This document shows, one piece after another, positions 51,047-64,000 of a DNA stretch of 64,000 nucleotides. The stretch is from contig NC_043000.1 in the NCBI RefSeq assembly GCF_006345805.1, positions 79,050,001 through 79,114,000 on the forward strand, given 5' to 3'. Position 1 is the stretch's first letter, and every line of letters begins with the position of its first letter. A program made the translations under genes and the position numbers. Source of the stretch: Octopus sinensis. Taxonomy: Eukaryota. The notes below the pieces were generated by a model. That model saw only the letters and a list, made by a program, of their open reading frames with translations. It had not been told where the DNA came from and ran no database searches.

Positions 51047-54000
51047 TGGCGTGCCATCCCCCACCCCCACCGACAATTTTTCAGTAAAACATTTTCGTAT
51101 TCCCACGATTTACATATAAGAGATTCTGAATATGCAATCACCCCTGTATGTCCTAGAATAAACAGGGAATAAAAAATGGCTGTGTAGAGATGAGCTTGAA
51201 ATAAGTGTATTGTTTGTATTATTCTTTGCTCTTCGAAACGTCAGTACTTTCCCATCCTCATTCTCCCTTAGAAAAGTCTAAAAATCATAAGTGAAATGTA
51301 ATAAAGATGAAATTGGATTCTGTCAATATTTTTGCATATTCAGAATCTCTGTTAAAGGTAGGAATCCGAAAAAAATTTTCACAAAAATTCGTTTTTCAAA
51401 TAGGTGCGATTCTGCATTAGCCCCTATACCTATTGGTTGAGCCGAATGAAATGATTTAATTAAAAGAACACATTTAGTTACATTATATAGCCATGGTTTT
51501 AGATCGTTACACTCTCGAAGACAAGTCAGGTGCTTTATCATGCTACTTGTCAATTCCGGGAAAATTATTGACTGTTCTGAGACTTACTGAACTCCGTACA
51601 TTAAAAGACTACGTCTCACGCACACACATTGAAAATACACGCATGTACATGAATACACACACAATGAAAGACAGCGAAAATTCAACATTGTAAAAAGCCT
51701 CCCAAAACTGTTGTAGCAGAAGTCAACATCTCTGAGATTGAAACAAGACACTTATTGAAATTGAAACAAGACACTTATTTACGGCTGTAAATAGACTACA
51801 CCCAGCAGCACAGAAAGGGAAATCTATGTAGGTTAGGTTTGACGAAGAAATCGAAACATTTCTTCTGCGAAACAATACTGATATAAGAAGGTCGAACCTT
51901 ACGTTATAACAAACACTAAGCAAAACTTGTAATATATGCTCTTTAATATATTAATTTTTTTAATGTTTTAAAATGTTGTTTACCTCATTTATAAATTAAT
52001 ACAATTCTTCGATCTTTCTGGGCAAATATATCTATCACATTTTCATAGAAATCTTCTCTTTTCATCAATTCTTGTAATAAATCTTTTTCAATTGACATTA
52101 GTGCTAACCCAGACTTCTTTCTCCTGTCGCATTTCTTTAGTATGTTTTAATTCTACTTAATGCACAAAAGGATCGCTCTACAGAAGCAGTGGTAGACGGA
52201 ATTGTCAAAATCAACTTGCACAGATTGAAGAGTTCTGGCATAGCTTCAGCAAGATCACTGCTGTTAATGTAACTCATTAAATGACTTACACTTGGTTTTT
52301 TAAAATCTTTCATTGAATACATCACATTGAGCTCACTTTGTAATCGTATTAATCAAAAAATCTGCCATAAGTTGTTCTTAAAGAATCTAAAGAGTCCACA
52401 GGAAATTGTTTGCAATACTCATCAACTTTGTTGAAATTCAAAAGTTCCATGAATTTAAACACTTCTAAGGATGAATATCGTGCTTTTATTTGGTCAACTA
52501 TTGTACTGATAATTTTGTTATAAAGCATTCTATAATGTCGTTGGCGATCAATAGATATATTCTTGGATCTCTGAATTCCGATTCGTGCATCGACTCCATA
52601 TTTTTCCCCTAACCTATCATAAAAGATTGAAAAATTATCAAGTTTGTTTTCGAGTACAGTTCTAGTTTTATCTATTTGCTCTTTACAATACAATATGTCA
52701 TGACTTTTACTCTGGAGTATGTTAAATAAGAAGTCAGTAAAAGAAAAAATGTCACTGAATACTTCTAACAAAAATAAGAAATCAGGAGCTTTTAAAGTGT
52801 GTAAGAATCCAATTGCTGAATTTATGGTGGTATCATCCCATGCTTCAGGATTTTCAATGATGTGTTCAAAAAGGCTGATTATGAAAATATAATTTTCCTT
52901 TGTGGTAATAATAATACGTGAGGAGTAATTCCATCTAGTTGCTGTTGCTTTCGAAAATCTTTTTTTAACAATGTTATCTAATGCATTAGCCCTTTTCGGT
53001 GATTTCGTAAAAAATGTACCGAGTCCGTTTATTGTAGAAAAAATATTTTGCATTCTTTCATAGCAGAGCATGATTGTGAAAGAACTAAATTTAGGATATG
53101 GGCACAAGAATGAATAAAGATCGCACATTCATATTTCTTTCTTACTTTTGCCTGTAACCCATTTAGTTGTCTTGTCATTGTAGCGGCACCATCATATGTC
53201 TGTGCAATCAATTTGTTTCCACATTCCCACGTCTCAATGCATTTAAAAACATGTTCAGAAAAAGCATTTGCAGATCGATCTGCACTAACATCACTAAAAT
53301 CGATAAATCGTTCTTTCGTCACACAGTCTTCTTTAACATAATGTAAAACTGTTGACAGTTGTGAAGATACCGAGACATCAGATGTCTCATCAACAAGAAT
53401 AGAAACAAACTTAGCTTGCTCAATTTCCTTCTGCATCCATTCAACATAACTTTATGAATTGCTTCGATCAAGTCATTTTGAATTCTGGTCGACAGACCAG
53501 TGAAGATAGAAGCTGTATCTAGATGACTTTCCATTTTTTTTTTGTCATATTTACTGATCAAATATACGAGTTCTTTATAATTTCTACGATTATTAGAGCC
53601 TTCAGATTCAAAATTACCCCGAAACGATAATTCCTGGAGGCCTAAAAAAATAACAACATCCATCAATCGTTGCAGAATGGATCTGTTTCGTCGAACTTTC
53701 TCATTATGATGTTGCATGCTTTGATTTTTACGTGCATCTAATTGTAAGTCTATGCGAACATTCCCGAATATTTTAAGATCTATCAAACATTTTATATGCC
53801 TTTGAGAACGCTTGTGCTTTAGCATAGCATATGTAAATTATTTAAATCCTCATAGCCTTTATCATTCCAAACATTTTTTTCTAAGCCAAAAAGTAAACAC
53901 GGCCAACAGAATAATTTATTAAGAGCAACACTTCCAGTTAACCATTTTTTCTTTTCATACGAATTAACCCGAAATTGTCTCGTGAATTTCTTGTAGCTTC

Positions 54001-54614
54001 GCAAATTAGGTAAATTCGGTGTTGGTCTCCCACCATTTATAATTAATTATTTTCCATCGAAGTCTCTTTTCGAAAAACTATTTCTCAAAATATCGTTTAT
54101 AACACACATTTCACTCATTTTGAAAAAGGCTGCTCTTAGATAAGAACCCACTTGGAAGCGCCGGCGTAAATTGTAAGTCATTTTCAACAAAACGGAAAAA
54201 TACCCTTTGTTAAATTAATTTAAGATTAATTAGCTATTTCTGAAATAAGAAATATAATATAGATTATATTTTTGTTTTCAAAACACTCCAAAAATATAAT
54301 AGTGCAAACGGATGTTTTGGATAAAAAAATTCAAACTTACATGCCAAACTATTCCAACATTTCAGCTGACTAACTCAAGAATTATGGGATTACTCTTGTT
54401 CCGGTCAAAAGTGGAACCAGGTTAGCAACAATTCTACACTAACAAATAGACAGAGAGACGTGTCATGCGATCTCAAATCATTTCTCAAAGCAGAAGTACG
54501 AGTCACTGAGAGAGGGGAAGGGGAGACAAAATATTTCGAAAACAACTGGACAGATTTTCTTTGAAACAAAGAAGGTATGCAGCGCATAGCTGGCATACCT
54601 GAGAGTGCACGCCC

Positions 54615-54617
<3 letters not shown>
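51045..54617 (-). mobile_element. decayed hAT DNA transposon (ZMYM1/DUF4371-type) inserted in (TA)n
   Basis: Right TIR gagtgcacgcccctg (minus strand: caggggcgtgcactc); degenerate left end catggcgtgccatc at 51045; transposase fragments inside. Confidence 0.75.
51985..54118 (-). pseudogene. hAT transposase (TTF-type Zn finger, DUF4371, hAT dimerisation domain), frameshifted
   Basis: LFCWPCLLF, LSFRG...SNNRRNYKEL, SILVDETSDVS, QTYDGAATM, FIHSCAHILNLVL, TRWNY, TIPSTTASVERSF. Confidence 0.92.
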
Positions 54618-54652
<35 letters not shown>

Positions 54653-54688
54653 GGCACATATATATATATATATATATATATATCCCGG

Positions 54689-54740
<52 letters not shown>

Positions 54741-54742
54741 GG

Positions 54743-54780
<38 letters not shown>

Positions 54781-54782
54781 GG

Positions 54783-54856
<74 letters not shown>

Positions 54857-54858
54857 GG

Positions 54859-54900
<42 letters not shown>

Positions 54901-54902
54901 GG

Positions 54903-54951
<49 letters not shown>

Positions 54952-54975
54952 GTGCCGGAAGTGAATATGTGCCGG
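54618..54975. repeat. (TA)n array punctuated by six cccggcac units
   Basis: Units at ~54650, 54684, 54738, 54778, 54854 and 54898; each is the reverse complement of the adjacent RTE 5' junction. Confidence 0.9.
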
Positions 54976-55495
54976 GATATCAAAAAGGAGATCTCACGGA
55001 GAGTAAGGGCCGGATGGAAGGCGTTCAATGGCATAAGGGATGTGCTCAAGGGAAGGTTGGACAGGATCACCCGCGCCAACCTCATTAACAGTGCAGTTCT
55101 GGTAACGGCTCAAAGAGCCACGGAAAGGTGAATGCTTGGTATCTCGTTGAGAGAACACATAAGTAGCAAGATCACCAGAAAGAAGTCCGGCGTGAGAGAT
55201 GTCATCGCAGAGTATACACGCAGCAAGTATAGATGGGCTGGACACGTCGCCCGGCTCACCGGTAATCGGTGGACGCACGCAGTTGTCGAGTGGTACCCGC
55301 GTGAGCGGAAAAGACCACCCGGAAGACCTCCACGACGGTGGAGTGACGATTTCAGGAGGGCGATTGGGATCACGTGGATGAGAAAGGCGCGATCCAGGGA
55401 GGAGTGGATAGCGTGCTGTGACCAGCGGTGTCAAATGGACGCCTGACGGACTGGTCGGTCAAAGTGATCAAAGTGATCAAAGTGATCAAAGTGAT
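54960..55495 (+). mobile_element. 5'-truncated RTE-clade LINE 3' end
   Basis: [51 protein letters not shown]; (caaagtgat)n tandem tail. Confidence 0.9.
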
Positions 55496-55545
55496 ATATA
55501 TATATATATATAAATATATATATATAATTTAAATATATATATATA

Positions 55546-55925
55546 GGCGCAGGAGTGGTAGTATAGTAAGTAGCTCGCTTACCAACCACATGGTTCCGTG
55601 TTCAGTCCCACTGTGTGGAACCTTGGGCAAGTGTCTTCAACTGTAGCCTCGGGCCGACCAAAGCATTGTGAGTGGATTTAGTAGACAGAAACTGGAAGAA
55701 ACCTGTCGTATATGTATGTGTGTGTGTATGTTTGTGCGTCTATCCCCCACCATCGCTTGATAACCGGTGTTGGTGTGTTCACATACCCGTAACTTAGCAG
55801 TTTGGCAAAGGAGACCGATAGAATAAGTTCAAGGATTATAAAGAATAGTCTGTTCGACTAAAGGCGGTGCACTAGCATGGCCCCAGTCAAATGACTGAAA
55901 CATGTAAAAGGATAAATGAAAAGAA
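55546..55925 (+). mobile_element. SINE family A, full length
   Basis: Homologous to 3981, 13307 and 16067. Confidence 0.85.
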
Positions 55926-55950
55926 TATAAGTCCAAATGAGTATTGTATG

Positions 55951-55989
<39 letters not shown>

Positions 55990-56104
55990 TCAGTTATGTG
56001 TGATGACCGGCTTCGGGAAACTTGAAATAAAACTTTGTGAAGTTTTTAACTTCGCTAATACACTACACACGCGCGCGCGCGTACATACATTTATGTATGT
56101 ATGT

Positions 56105-56560
56105 ATGTATGTCAGGTCACTTTCAAGCGCTACTGGTAACATGTAACCTAGTACAACTTGTTGCATTGTCGGGTCGTCGCCGACTAAACCGGCAACCCCA
56201 CCAAGCTTGCTTGGTGAGGAGGGTCATTATTGGACATCCTGCGGTATGAAAAACAAAACCCGTCAAAGGGCGGAGGAACCCTTGAGAGTCAACGGCCATC
56301 CAATAAATGTCTTAAGGTTGTATCATGCGCGGGGACATAGAAATAATCGGACTGAATACCCGATCGCGCGGTTAAACCATTGGGAGTGAAGGACTCCTAA
56401 CCTTTGTTAGAGCATCCTTCTAGGAGAAGGTAACTCAGGTAACTGGGATAACTCCGACATAAAACCTGCGGCTCAGTGGTTACCGACAATGTTGACTTGT
56501 TCTTCTTTTCGGATTATGGCTGCTATTATTTAGTGAGTGGGATTGACTCAGTGCACAGCC
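56105..56560 (+). mobile_element. GC-richer interspersed repeat resembling an RTE-type 5' UTR
   Basis: Composition shift, hairpin caccaag-cttg-cttggtg, and ctaggagaaggtaactc...taaaacctg motif; family assignment from recollection only. Confidence 0.35.
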
Positions 56561-56864
56561 TTTCCTCACTTTAAAAACAAAATCTTCTTGCACAGGCATT
56601 GCACGATAACAACATTAAGCTTCGTGCAATGCCCATACTCGATAACGAGGAGGCAGCCACCATGTATGTATGTATGTATGTATGTACGCACGCATGGGGG
56701 CCTAGAAATATATTTTCAAAAATGATATTCTCGGGTTCCGAATGGGATTTATGAATAGAGAAAGAAATGAAAGAGTTACATAATTTCACTTTTGAAATAA
56801 TTTATATATTTCAAATTCTGTGCTTGACATCATTAGGTTTAGATGAAATATACAGCAATTTGGT

Positions 56865-56962
56865 TTAATTTCCACTGAATCGTTGTGCTTCTTCAGGTGA
56901 GACAGCAGCATTCATATTTCTCTGGTCCACTCCTTCGCCACATAAGTGACCATCAGATACAG
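56865..56962 (-). CDS. candidate terminal coding exon of an unidentified gene
   Basis: Acceptor atcttttttacAG at 56964-56963, then phase-1 xVSDGHLCGEGVDQRNMNAAVSPEEAQRFSGN*; GC-richer than flanks; no homology recognised. Confidence 0.3.
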
Positions 56963-57384
56963 CTGTAAAAAAGATTACATTAAAATTATTTCATTTAATA
57001 AACTCACACTATCTAGTAGGTCGTTAATTTCATTATACTTGCATTTTTACTGTAACTGTACTATGAGGTGAATCTTTATATCAGAGTAGTACACGTTTTA
57101 GCCTCTACTGGGCAAGTATTAATAAATGCTGATACATAATCTCTCAGGAAAGAGTGAACACTTATCAAGAGTCACGCATATATCTCTTATCTATCCACAG
57201 AGACCATGTAAACAAAGCCACACAATAAGAGGCTTCACAAAGCTTGAATAGATATTTTTGATGGTATAAATACAATATTAAAAACACTGCTTACCTCATC
57301 AATAATTAAGTGAACTAGTTGCTAGTAATATGCTATGACGTGTGTATGTGTGTGTGCGTGTGTGTGCGCGTTTCCATGTATATA

Positions 57385-57449
<65 letters not shown>

Positions 57450-57482
57450 GTGTGTGTGTATGTAAATAATAGAAATTTTGAA

Positions 57483-57741
57483 GGCGCATGGCTCAGTGGT
57501 TAGAGCGTCGAGCTTACGATCGTGATGTTGTGAGCTCGAATCTCGGACCGCACTGCGTGTTGTGTTCTTGAGCAAGACACTTTATTTCAAGTTGCTCCAG
57601 TTCACAGAGCTGTAGAAATGAGTTGCGACGTCACAGGTGCCAAGCTGCATCGGCCTTTGCCTTTCCCTTGGAAAACACTGGTGGCATGGAGATGGGAGGT
57701 AGGTATGCATGAGCGACTACTGGTCTTCAATAAACAACCTT
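57483..57741 (+). mobile_element. tRNA-derived SINE with tgtgttcttgagcaagacactt core
   Basis: A box tggctcagtgg, B-box-like gagctcgaatct; core shared with the copy at 9531. Confidence 0.8.
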
Positions 57742-59035
57742 ACATACACACATACATATATACACACACGCATTCACGCATACATACACACACACACATA
57801 CACACACACACATACACACACATATACGCACATACACATATACATACACACATGCACACACACACACATACATACGCACATGCATGCATACATACATACA
57901 CACACATACACACATACACGCATGCACACATACATACATACACACACACATACACGCATGCACACATACATACATACACACACATACATACATACATACA
58001 CACACACACTCCCACACATACACACATACATACATACACACATCCACACACACATACATACATGCACACATACACATACATATATACACACACACATACT
58101 TACATACACTCATACGGACATACATACACATGCGCGCGCGCACACATACATACATGCATGCACGCATGCCTGTGGGGTCTGGCGTTATCTCGGGTGCGCG
58201 TCTGGGCGAGTGCGTTGTGCCTGGGGATTCTCATGCACCCGTCACCGCAAGAGTCTTTCCATCATTCTTTCAGTTGCGAAGTGTGTCCTTGCATGCATAT
58301 ATATACACACATATAAACATATAAACACGCATATAATACCCCTATATTTTGTACACACACACACATACATACATACATTCACTCCCACGCACGTACACAC
58401 ACACATTTACATATATATATACAATACACGCACACACACTTACACACGTACAAACACACACGAATTCACATACACACCGACACATATACACACACACAAC
58501 ATATACCTCCACGCGCACGCACACATACACATACGTACACACATATAAGCAGACACACAGACACATACGCACACCAAAACATGCGCACACATACGCACGC
58601 ACACGCGCAAAAAAACTCAACTCACATACATACACACGCACACGCACACACACACAAATGAGCCCACACACACATCCCATACGGCACACAACCATACATA
58701 CACGCACACACATACATACATGCACACAATTATACATATACGCACGTACAAGCACACACACACGCACACATACACTTAGTTAAGCACAGTTACTCGCCAT
58801 ACACACAAAAAATGCACACGTACACACACACATACTACAACAAAACACACACGAGACATATACACGCACACACACATACCTCCCTGTTTCTGACCTGCCG
58901 TCCTGACTCGTTAGGGTACCCCCACACCACTCCTTTAATTCTACTGCTGCTTGCCACTAGCCATAGTCCACCATATACACACATACACACACACGCACAC
59001 ACTCACACACACACGCACACACTCACACACACACC
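57741..59035. repeat. 1.3-kb degenerate CA/TACA-rich low-complexity tract
   Basis: Direct reading; generates the HT/VC-repeat pseudo-ORFs. Confidence 0.9.
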
Positions 59036-59668
59036 CTTGTCATCTCGCACACCTTTGTTTACCATTCCTTCTTTGATTCAGCTCTCCTGTTTTTGAAAAC
59101 ATGTTCCTCCTTTTTTACCACTTCCGTCTTTTCAGTATGTGACCTCGTGAAGACCACTTTATTAGAAGACATTTGCCCAGGGTGCAATGCTATGGGACTA
59201 AACCCAAATATTTTTAAAGCAGTATTTGCATTATACATTGTCAAATAATCTGTTTGGTAAACATGTCCAAAAGTTGCATGTGGTTTATGAGGTTTACTTT
59301 TGGTTTATTGGCTAATGTTTAGGATGGTGAGGCACAAATCACTTTTATACAGCAATGAATGGCAGATATGTATAGTTGTTTTGTTATACTGAGAGGCTAA
59401 TGGAGAACAGAGCTGAAGAACAGATAAATAAAACTGTCATTTTTTATCATTTGTTAACATTGAAGACATTATTATAATTCCTTCTTCTTCTTCTTCTTCT
59501 TCTTCTACTACTACTACTACTACTACTATTACTTCGTTTTCCTTCCTTCCTTCCTTTTGGGGTCGATGAAATAAGTACCAGTGAGCTGTGGGGTCGATGT
59601 AATCGACTAATCCCCTCCCCTACAATTTCAAGTCTTGTGTCTATAGTAGAAAGGATTATTATTCGATG

Positions 59669-59733
<65 letters not shown>

Positions 59734-59737
59734 GTTA

Positions 59738-60077
59738 TTCAGTAGTTTTATTTTTATAGCGTGCTTTCACTTCACTACCGAGTGCAACTTTGTGTGCCTT
59801 GTGTATGTACTGTGGTTTGCTGTGATGCTCTTATGGTTACTGTATTGAAAGTGTTTTACGTAGGATGTGCAGTGCCTAGTAGTGCAATTTTCTGTATGTT
59901 ATATACATTTGTAAGTCCTGGTGTTTTTGTTATGTATTTGTCTGAATATTTTTTATCATACCTAATGCGCCTACTATGATAGGAATTGTTTCTGTTTTTA
60001 GATTCCACATTCGAGTTACCTCTATTTCCAAGTCTTTGTATTTTGAAAGTTTCTCCATTTCTTTTGGAGAAACGTTG

Positions 60078-60080
<3 letters not shown>
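59738..60080 (-). mobile_element. 5'-truncated R4/Dong-type LINE 3' end inside (TAA)n
   Basis: KEMEKLSKYKDLEIEVTRMWNLKTETIPIIVGALG plus 3' UTR ending aaataaaactactgaataac; (TAA)n on both sides. Confidence 0.8.
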
Positions 60081-60130
<50 letters not shown>

Positions 60131-60131
<1 letters not shown>

Positions 60132-60341
60132 AGGCGGCGAGCTGGCAGAATAGTTAGCATGCTGGGCGAAATGCTTAGCAGTAATTCGTCTGTCGCTACG
60201 TTCTGAGTTCGAATTCCGCCGAGGTTGACTTTGCCTTTCATCCTTTCGGGATCGATAAAATAAGAACCAGTTGAACACTGGGGTCAATATAATCGACTCA
60301 TCCCTACTTCCCCCAAGCTGCTCCTGTGGCAAGAATTTGAA
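60131..60341 (+). mobile_element. SINE family B with (AAT)n tail
   Basis: tRNA-like head with gagttcgaattcc B box; homologous to 20160-20335 and 59560-59660. Confidence 0.8.
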
Positions 60342-60394
60342 ATAATAATAATAATAATAATAATGATAATAATAATAATGATAATAATAATAAC

Positions 60395-60450
<56 letters not shown>

Positions 60451-60453
<3 letters not shown>

Positions 60454-63400
60454 CACTGGTTATTGCGCAACCTGATAATCGCTACTTCATATGATTGACG
60501 ATGAAAAAACAAAATATTGAGAATAACGGTGGTAATGAAACTGAAGCCGTTGATGGTGATAGTGTTGCACCCGACAGGCTCAGAGATTCTGGTCCGACTC
60601 CAGCCTGTCGATATCCAGAAACTGACCACCACACACGGCGTAGATGGAGCAAGCAAATTAATGCTGTGGTCATGGAGTGTTACTAATTGAGCAACCCGGT
60701 AGATGAAAATGGTACTCAAATTAGGGGTTACTGACAACGTATGTATGATCATCGGAGGGAAAAGGGACTGTTTCAACTCACGGAACAGAGACAATGCGAT
60801 CAAGCTAGAGCAATTAGAAAAAATCGTTGGTTCACAGAAGTAGAGCTCAAAACTATCAAAAGACGGGTCTTGGAAAATAGCAGCAGTAATAACGATGAAA
60901 ATGCAGTTCTTACTAATAGAAGTAATCTCATAGCACAGGAAAGGAGCTGTGGTAGTTTACTTGATGAGAGACATATAGAAGATCTGAAAGAAGACAATAA
61001 AACTAATGGTGACATGACAAATGAACAAAAGGCAATCTACGACAGAATAAAGGCAAGAGTACAGGAGAACGATAGCGACATTATTTGCAACCTTATAAAG
61101 GTTGATCGGTTGAAATTGAGCCAAGAAACGAAAAATGTCAATGAAATTCTGAAATACAACAGAACAAACAACATCACAGAAACAAATAATTTGATCAAGG
61201 CAGCAAATATTGTTGTAGCAGAAAACATGGGTGCTGATGTCAAGAAAAAGAAATATAATGAGAGTGACAAAAGAAAAGATCCATGGTGGAAAAGAAGAAT
61301 GCAGGCAGAGTTAGATATGCCTCCGAAGGAAATTTCTGTGTTAAACCGAAAAGAGAAAGAGGAGCTTAAAAGCGAACAAAAATACAGGGCGGTGAAATGG
61401 AAGTATAATATTGAAAGAAAGGGCCTGAAAGTGGTAATGGAGGAACTGAAACAGCACCTCATTGCAAAGAAAGCAAGTATGGTAAGATACGACCAAAGAA
61501 TGAAGGGTTACCACCAGAATAGGTTATTCAGAGTAGATCAGAAGAGATTCTATAAAAAAATAAATGGAGAGTGTACAGATGAAACGTTGATACCAGATAA
61601 CAATGAAAGTCAAAGGTTTTGGAATGACATCTGGAGCAAAGACAATGTGCACAAGAAGAATGCTGAATGATCGCAAGAACTGCAACAAACGGTAGTCTGC
61701 CCCAAACAGGCAGAACTAGTCATTTCAGTTAGGGTAGTGAAGGAAATCAACAAAAAATGAGCAACTGGAAGGCCCCGGGACCAGGGGGAGTTCAAAGCTA
61801 CTGGATCAAAAGATTTGGTGAATGTCAAGTACGAATAGCTGCGCAACTCAACACCTTGTTAAATGCCGACCAGGTAACACCAGAGTGGTTGACATTGGGT
61901 AGGACAGTGCTGTGCCTGAAAAACAACGAAAAAGGCAACACGGTAGACAATTACAGGCCGATATCCTGCTTACCACTTATGTGGAAATTATTGACTGGAA
62001 TAATCGCAGAGTCAATGTACGAACATCTGGAAAACAAATAGAGTCCTTCCACGTGAGCAGAAGGGTTGCAAACGTAAGTGCAGATGTACCAAGGATCAAT
62101 TCCTGATAGACAAAACTGTACTTAGATACAGCCTGTCCCTATTGATCTTTGTACTGTGCTTCATACTGCTAACACTGATTCTGAGGAAAGCAAAAGCTAG
62201 GTGTGTATTCAAAAGCCGCCTACAAAACGTCAACCATTTGTTATTCATGGATGACTTCAAACTTTATGGTAAAGATGAATCCCAAGTCAGTTCCCTCGTT
62301 GATACTATGTAATACTTTCAGAGCTGATATCAGAATGGAGTTGGGACTGAAAAAGTGTGGTGTGTTAGTTTTGAAGACAGACAAAATAAAATGTATGGAC
62401 GGACTAGCGATACGGTTGGGGGATGTTATGAAGCAGATAGAAGAGACGGGCTATAAGTACTTGGGGGTATTGCAAATGGATAAATTGATGGAGAAAGAAA
62501 TGGCAGAAACATTTAAGGTGGAGTACTTGCGCAGACTGAGACTGATGCTTAAGTCGAAATTAAACGGACGGAATAAGATTGAAGCTATCAAAACCTGGGC
62601 GATTTCTCTCCTTAGATATAGAACAGAGATAATCGCATGGACAGTAGACGAACTAAACAGCTTAGACAGAAAGACAAAGAAGCTGCTAACTAGATATGGG
62701 ATACTCCACCCAAAAATGACACAGACAGACTGTATGTACCAAGGCAAAAAGAGTGAAGCGGACTTATTGGATGCGAACACAGTATTAGAGCAGAAGAAAA
62801 CAACATAGCATGGTATGTAAAAAATGCCACAGAACTGCTATTATTAAAAGTAAGAAGGTCAGGCCTGTGTGGGATGAAAGATTGCAAAGATAAAGCACTA
62901 TACAAACACTTGAAAACGAATGAAAGTGAAAATAGTTGGGTAAAGAAAAGAATGCATGGACAATTTTATAGGGATGTTGAAAATAAGTCAGACAGAGAAA
63001 CAGATGTCTGTGGATGACTAAAACTGATTTGAAACCGGAAACGGAGGATCTAATCTGTGCTTCCCAAGAGCAAGCACTAAGAATAAACTACATAAAATAC
63101 AGAATAGACAACGCATCAGAAAATGATAAGTGCAGAATCTGTGGACAAAATGGTAAAACTGTATGGCATATTACCAGCCAATTGACGCCAGTAGCCCAGA
63201 AGGAACATAAGAGACACCACGACAATATAGCCAGGCTTGTCTATTGGGCACTTTGCAACAAGTATAGACTTGACAGAGCAAAAAATTGGTACGACCACAA
63301 ACCCGAAAGCATAATCGAAAATGATAATGCAAAGATCCTGTGGGATTTTATGATTCAGTGCGACTATGAGATAGAGAATAGGAAGCCAGACATAGTCTTA

Positions 63401-63750
63401 ATTGAGAAAGAAAGCAAACTATGCTGGAACATAGATATAGCATGTCCAGTTGACAACAAGGGATGAGATAAGGAAGAAAGAAAAGTCAATAAATATGACA
63501 GGTTAGCTTGGGAGGTTAAGCAGTTGTGGTCGATGAAAAAGGTGGTAGTAGTACCAATAATTGTCGGAGCCCTGGGAACAGTGAGTAAAAATTTTGAGAA
63601 GTACGTGGAACAAATAGGGGCCGCAATAAGGGTGGAGAACTTACAGAAAACAGCACTGTTTGGAACTGCTTGAATACTCCGAAAGGTGCTCGAAAAATAA
63701 GGCGTGTTACCTTAATTCACTGGTAGTGAACTAAGCTGACACTGTAGTGG
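60451..63750 (+). mobile_element. near full-length decayed R4/Dong-type RLE LINE downstream of (AAT)n
   Basis: N-terminal RRWSKQINAVVMECY...EQRQCDQARAIRKN; KAPGPGG; [19 protein letters not shown]; LFMDDFKLY; CRICG...HI...HDNIAR; RKPDIVLIEK..DIACP; RT deletion at ~62125, many stops. Confidence 0.88.
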
Positions 63751-64000
63751 AATGTGGAAGCACTCCGTCGGTTACGACGACGAGGGTTCCGGTTGATTCG
63801 AATCAACGGAACAGCCTGCTCGTGAAATTAACGTGTAAGTGGATGAGCACTCCACAGACACGTGTACCCTTAACGTAGTTCTCGGGGATATTCAGCGTGA
63901 CACAGCGAGTGACAAGGCTGGCCCTTTGAAATACAGGTACAACAGAAACAGGAAGTAAGAGTGAGAGAAAGTTGTGGTGAAAGAGTACAGCAGGGATCAC
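63750..64000 (+). repeat. interspersed repeat of unassigned family (runs off window)
   Basis: Abrupt change to GC-richer sequence after the LINE 3' UTR; family not established from this window. Confidence 0.35.

Noticed and set aside
56105-56330. HDV-like ribozyme in the RTE-UTR-like repeat
   Set aside because: Could not assemble P1/P2/P3 with a G+1 and J4/2 on either strand; only isolated hairpins.
57295-57321. 27-nt micro-exon QLVHLIIDE (Walker-B-like) with a GTAAGC donor
   Set aside because: Weak acceptor, phase mismatch with the candidate exon at 56962, and too short to distinguish from chance.
59059-59420. Short ORFs and acceptors on both strands in unique sequence
   Set aside because: No recognisable motif or consistent donor/acceptor pair.

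Overview
AT-rich, microsatellite-dense animal genomic DNA, most likely octopus or another coleoid cephalopod (inferred from the recurrent tRNA-derived SINE families and the repeat landscape). About 3% of the window is recognisable host coding sequence: one 1.8-kb minus-strand exon (5378-7193) encoding 16 tandem six-cysteine VWC-N/pacifastin-like modules, with a 1-nt frameshift in a homopolymer. The rest is repeats and mobile DNA. These include an RT-less Gypsy LTR element (217-bp LTRs, CCTTC TSD) nested in a Penelope-like element, a tandem chimeric Tx1/L1-type LINE pair, three R4/Dong-type RLE LINEs in microsatellites, an RTE 3' fragment, a decayed hAT transposon, Helitron/Helentron non-autonomous elements, several Naiad-like Penelope fragments, a solo LTR, MITE/foldback palindromes and a 5.3-kb 85-bp satellite. 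The most novel-looking observation: removing the Tx1 pair at a 14-bp near-perfect target duplication rebuilds a 347-nt unit with a 38-nt terminal redundancy and an intact minimal type I hammerhead ribozyme. This suggests a retrozyme/pLTR-like element used as the target of a Tx1 LINE. All calls come from manual reading; no searches were run.
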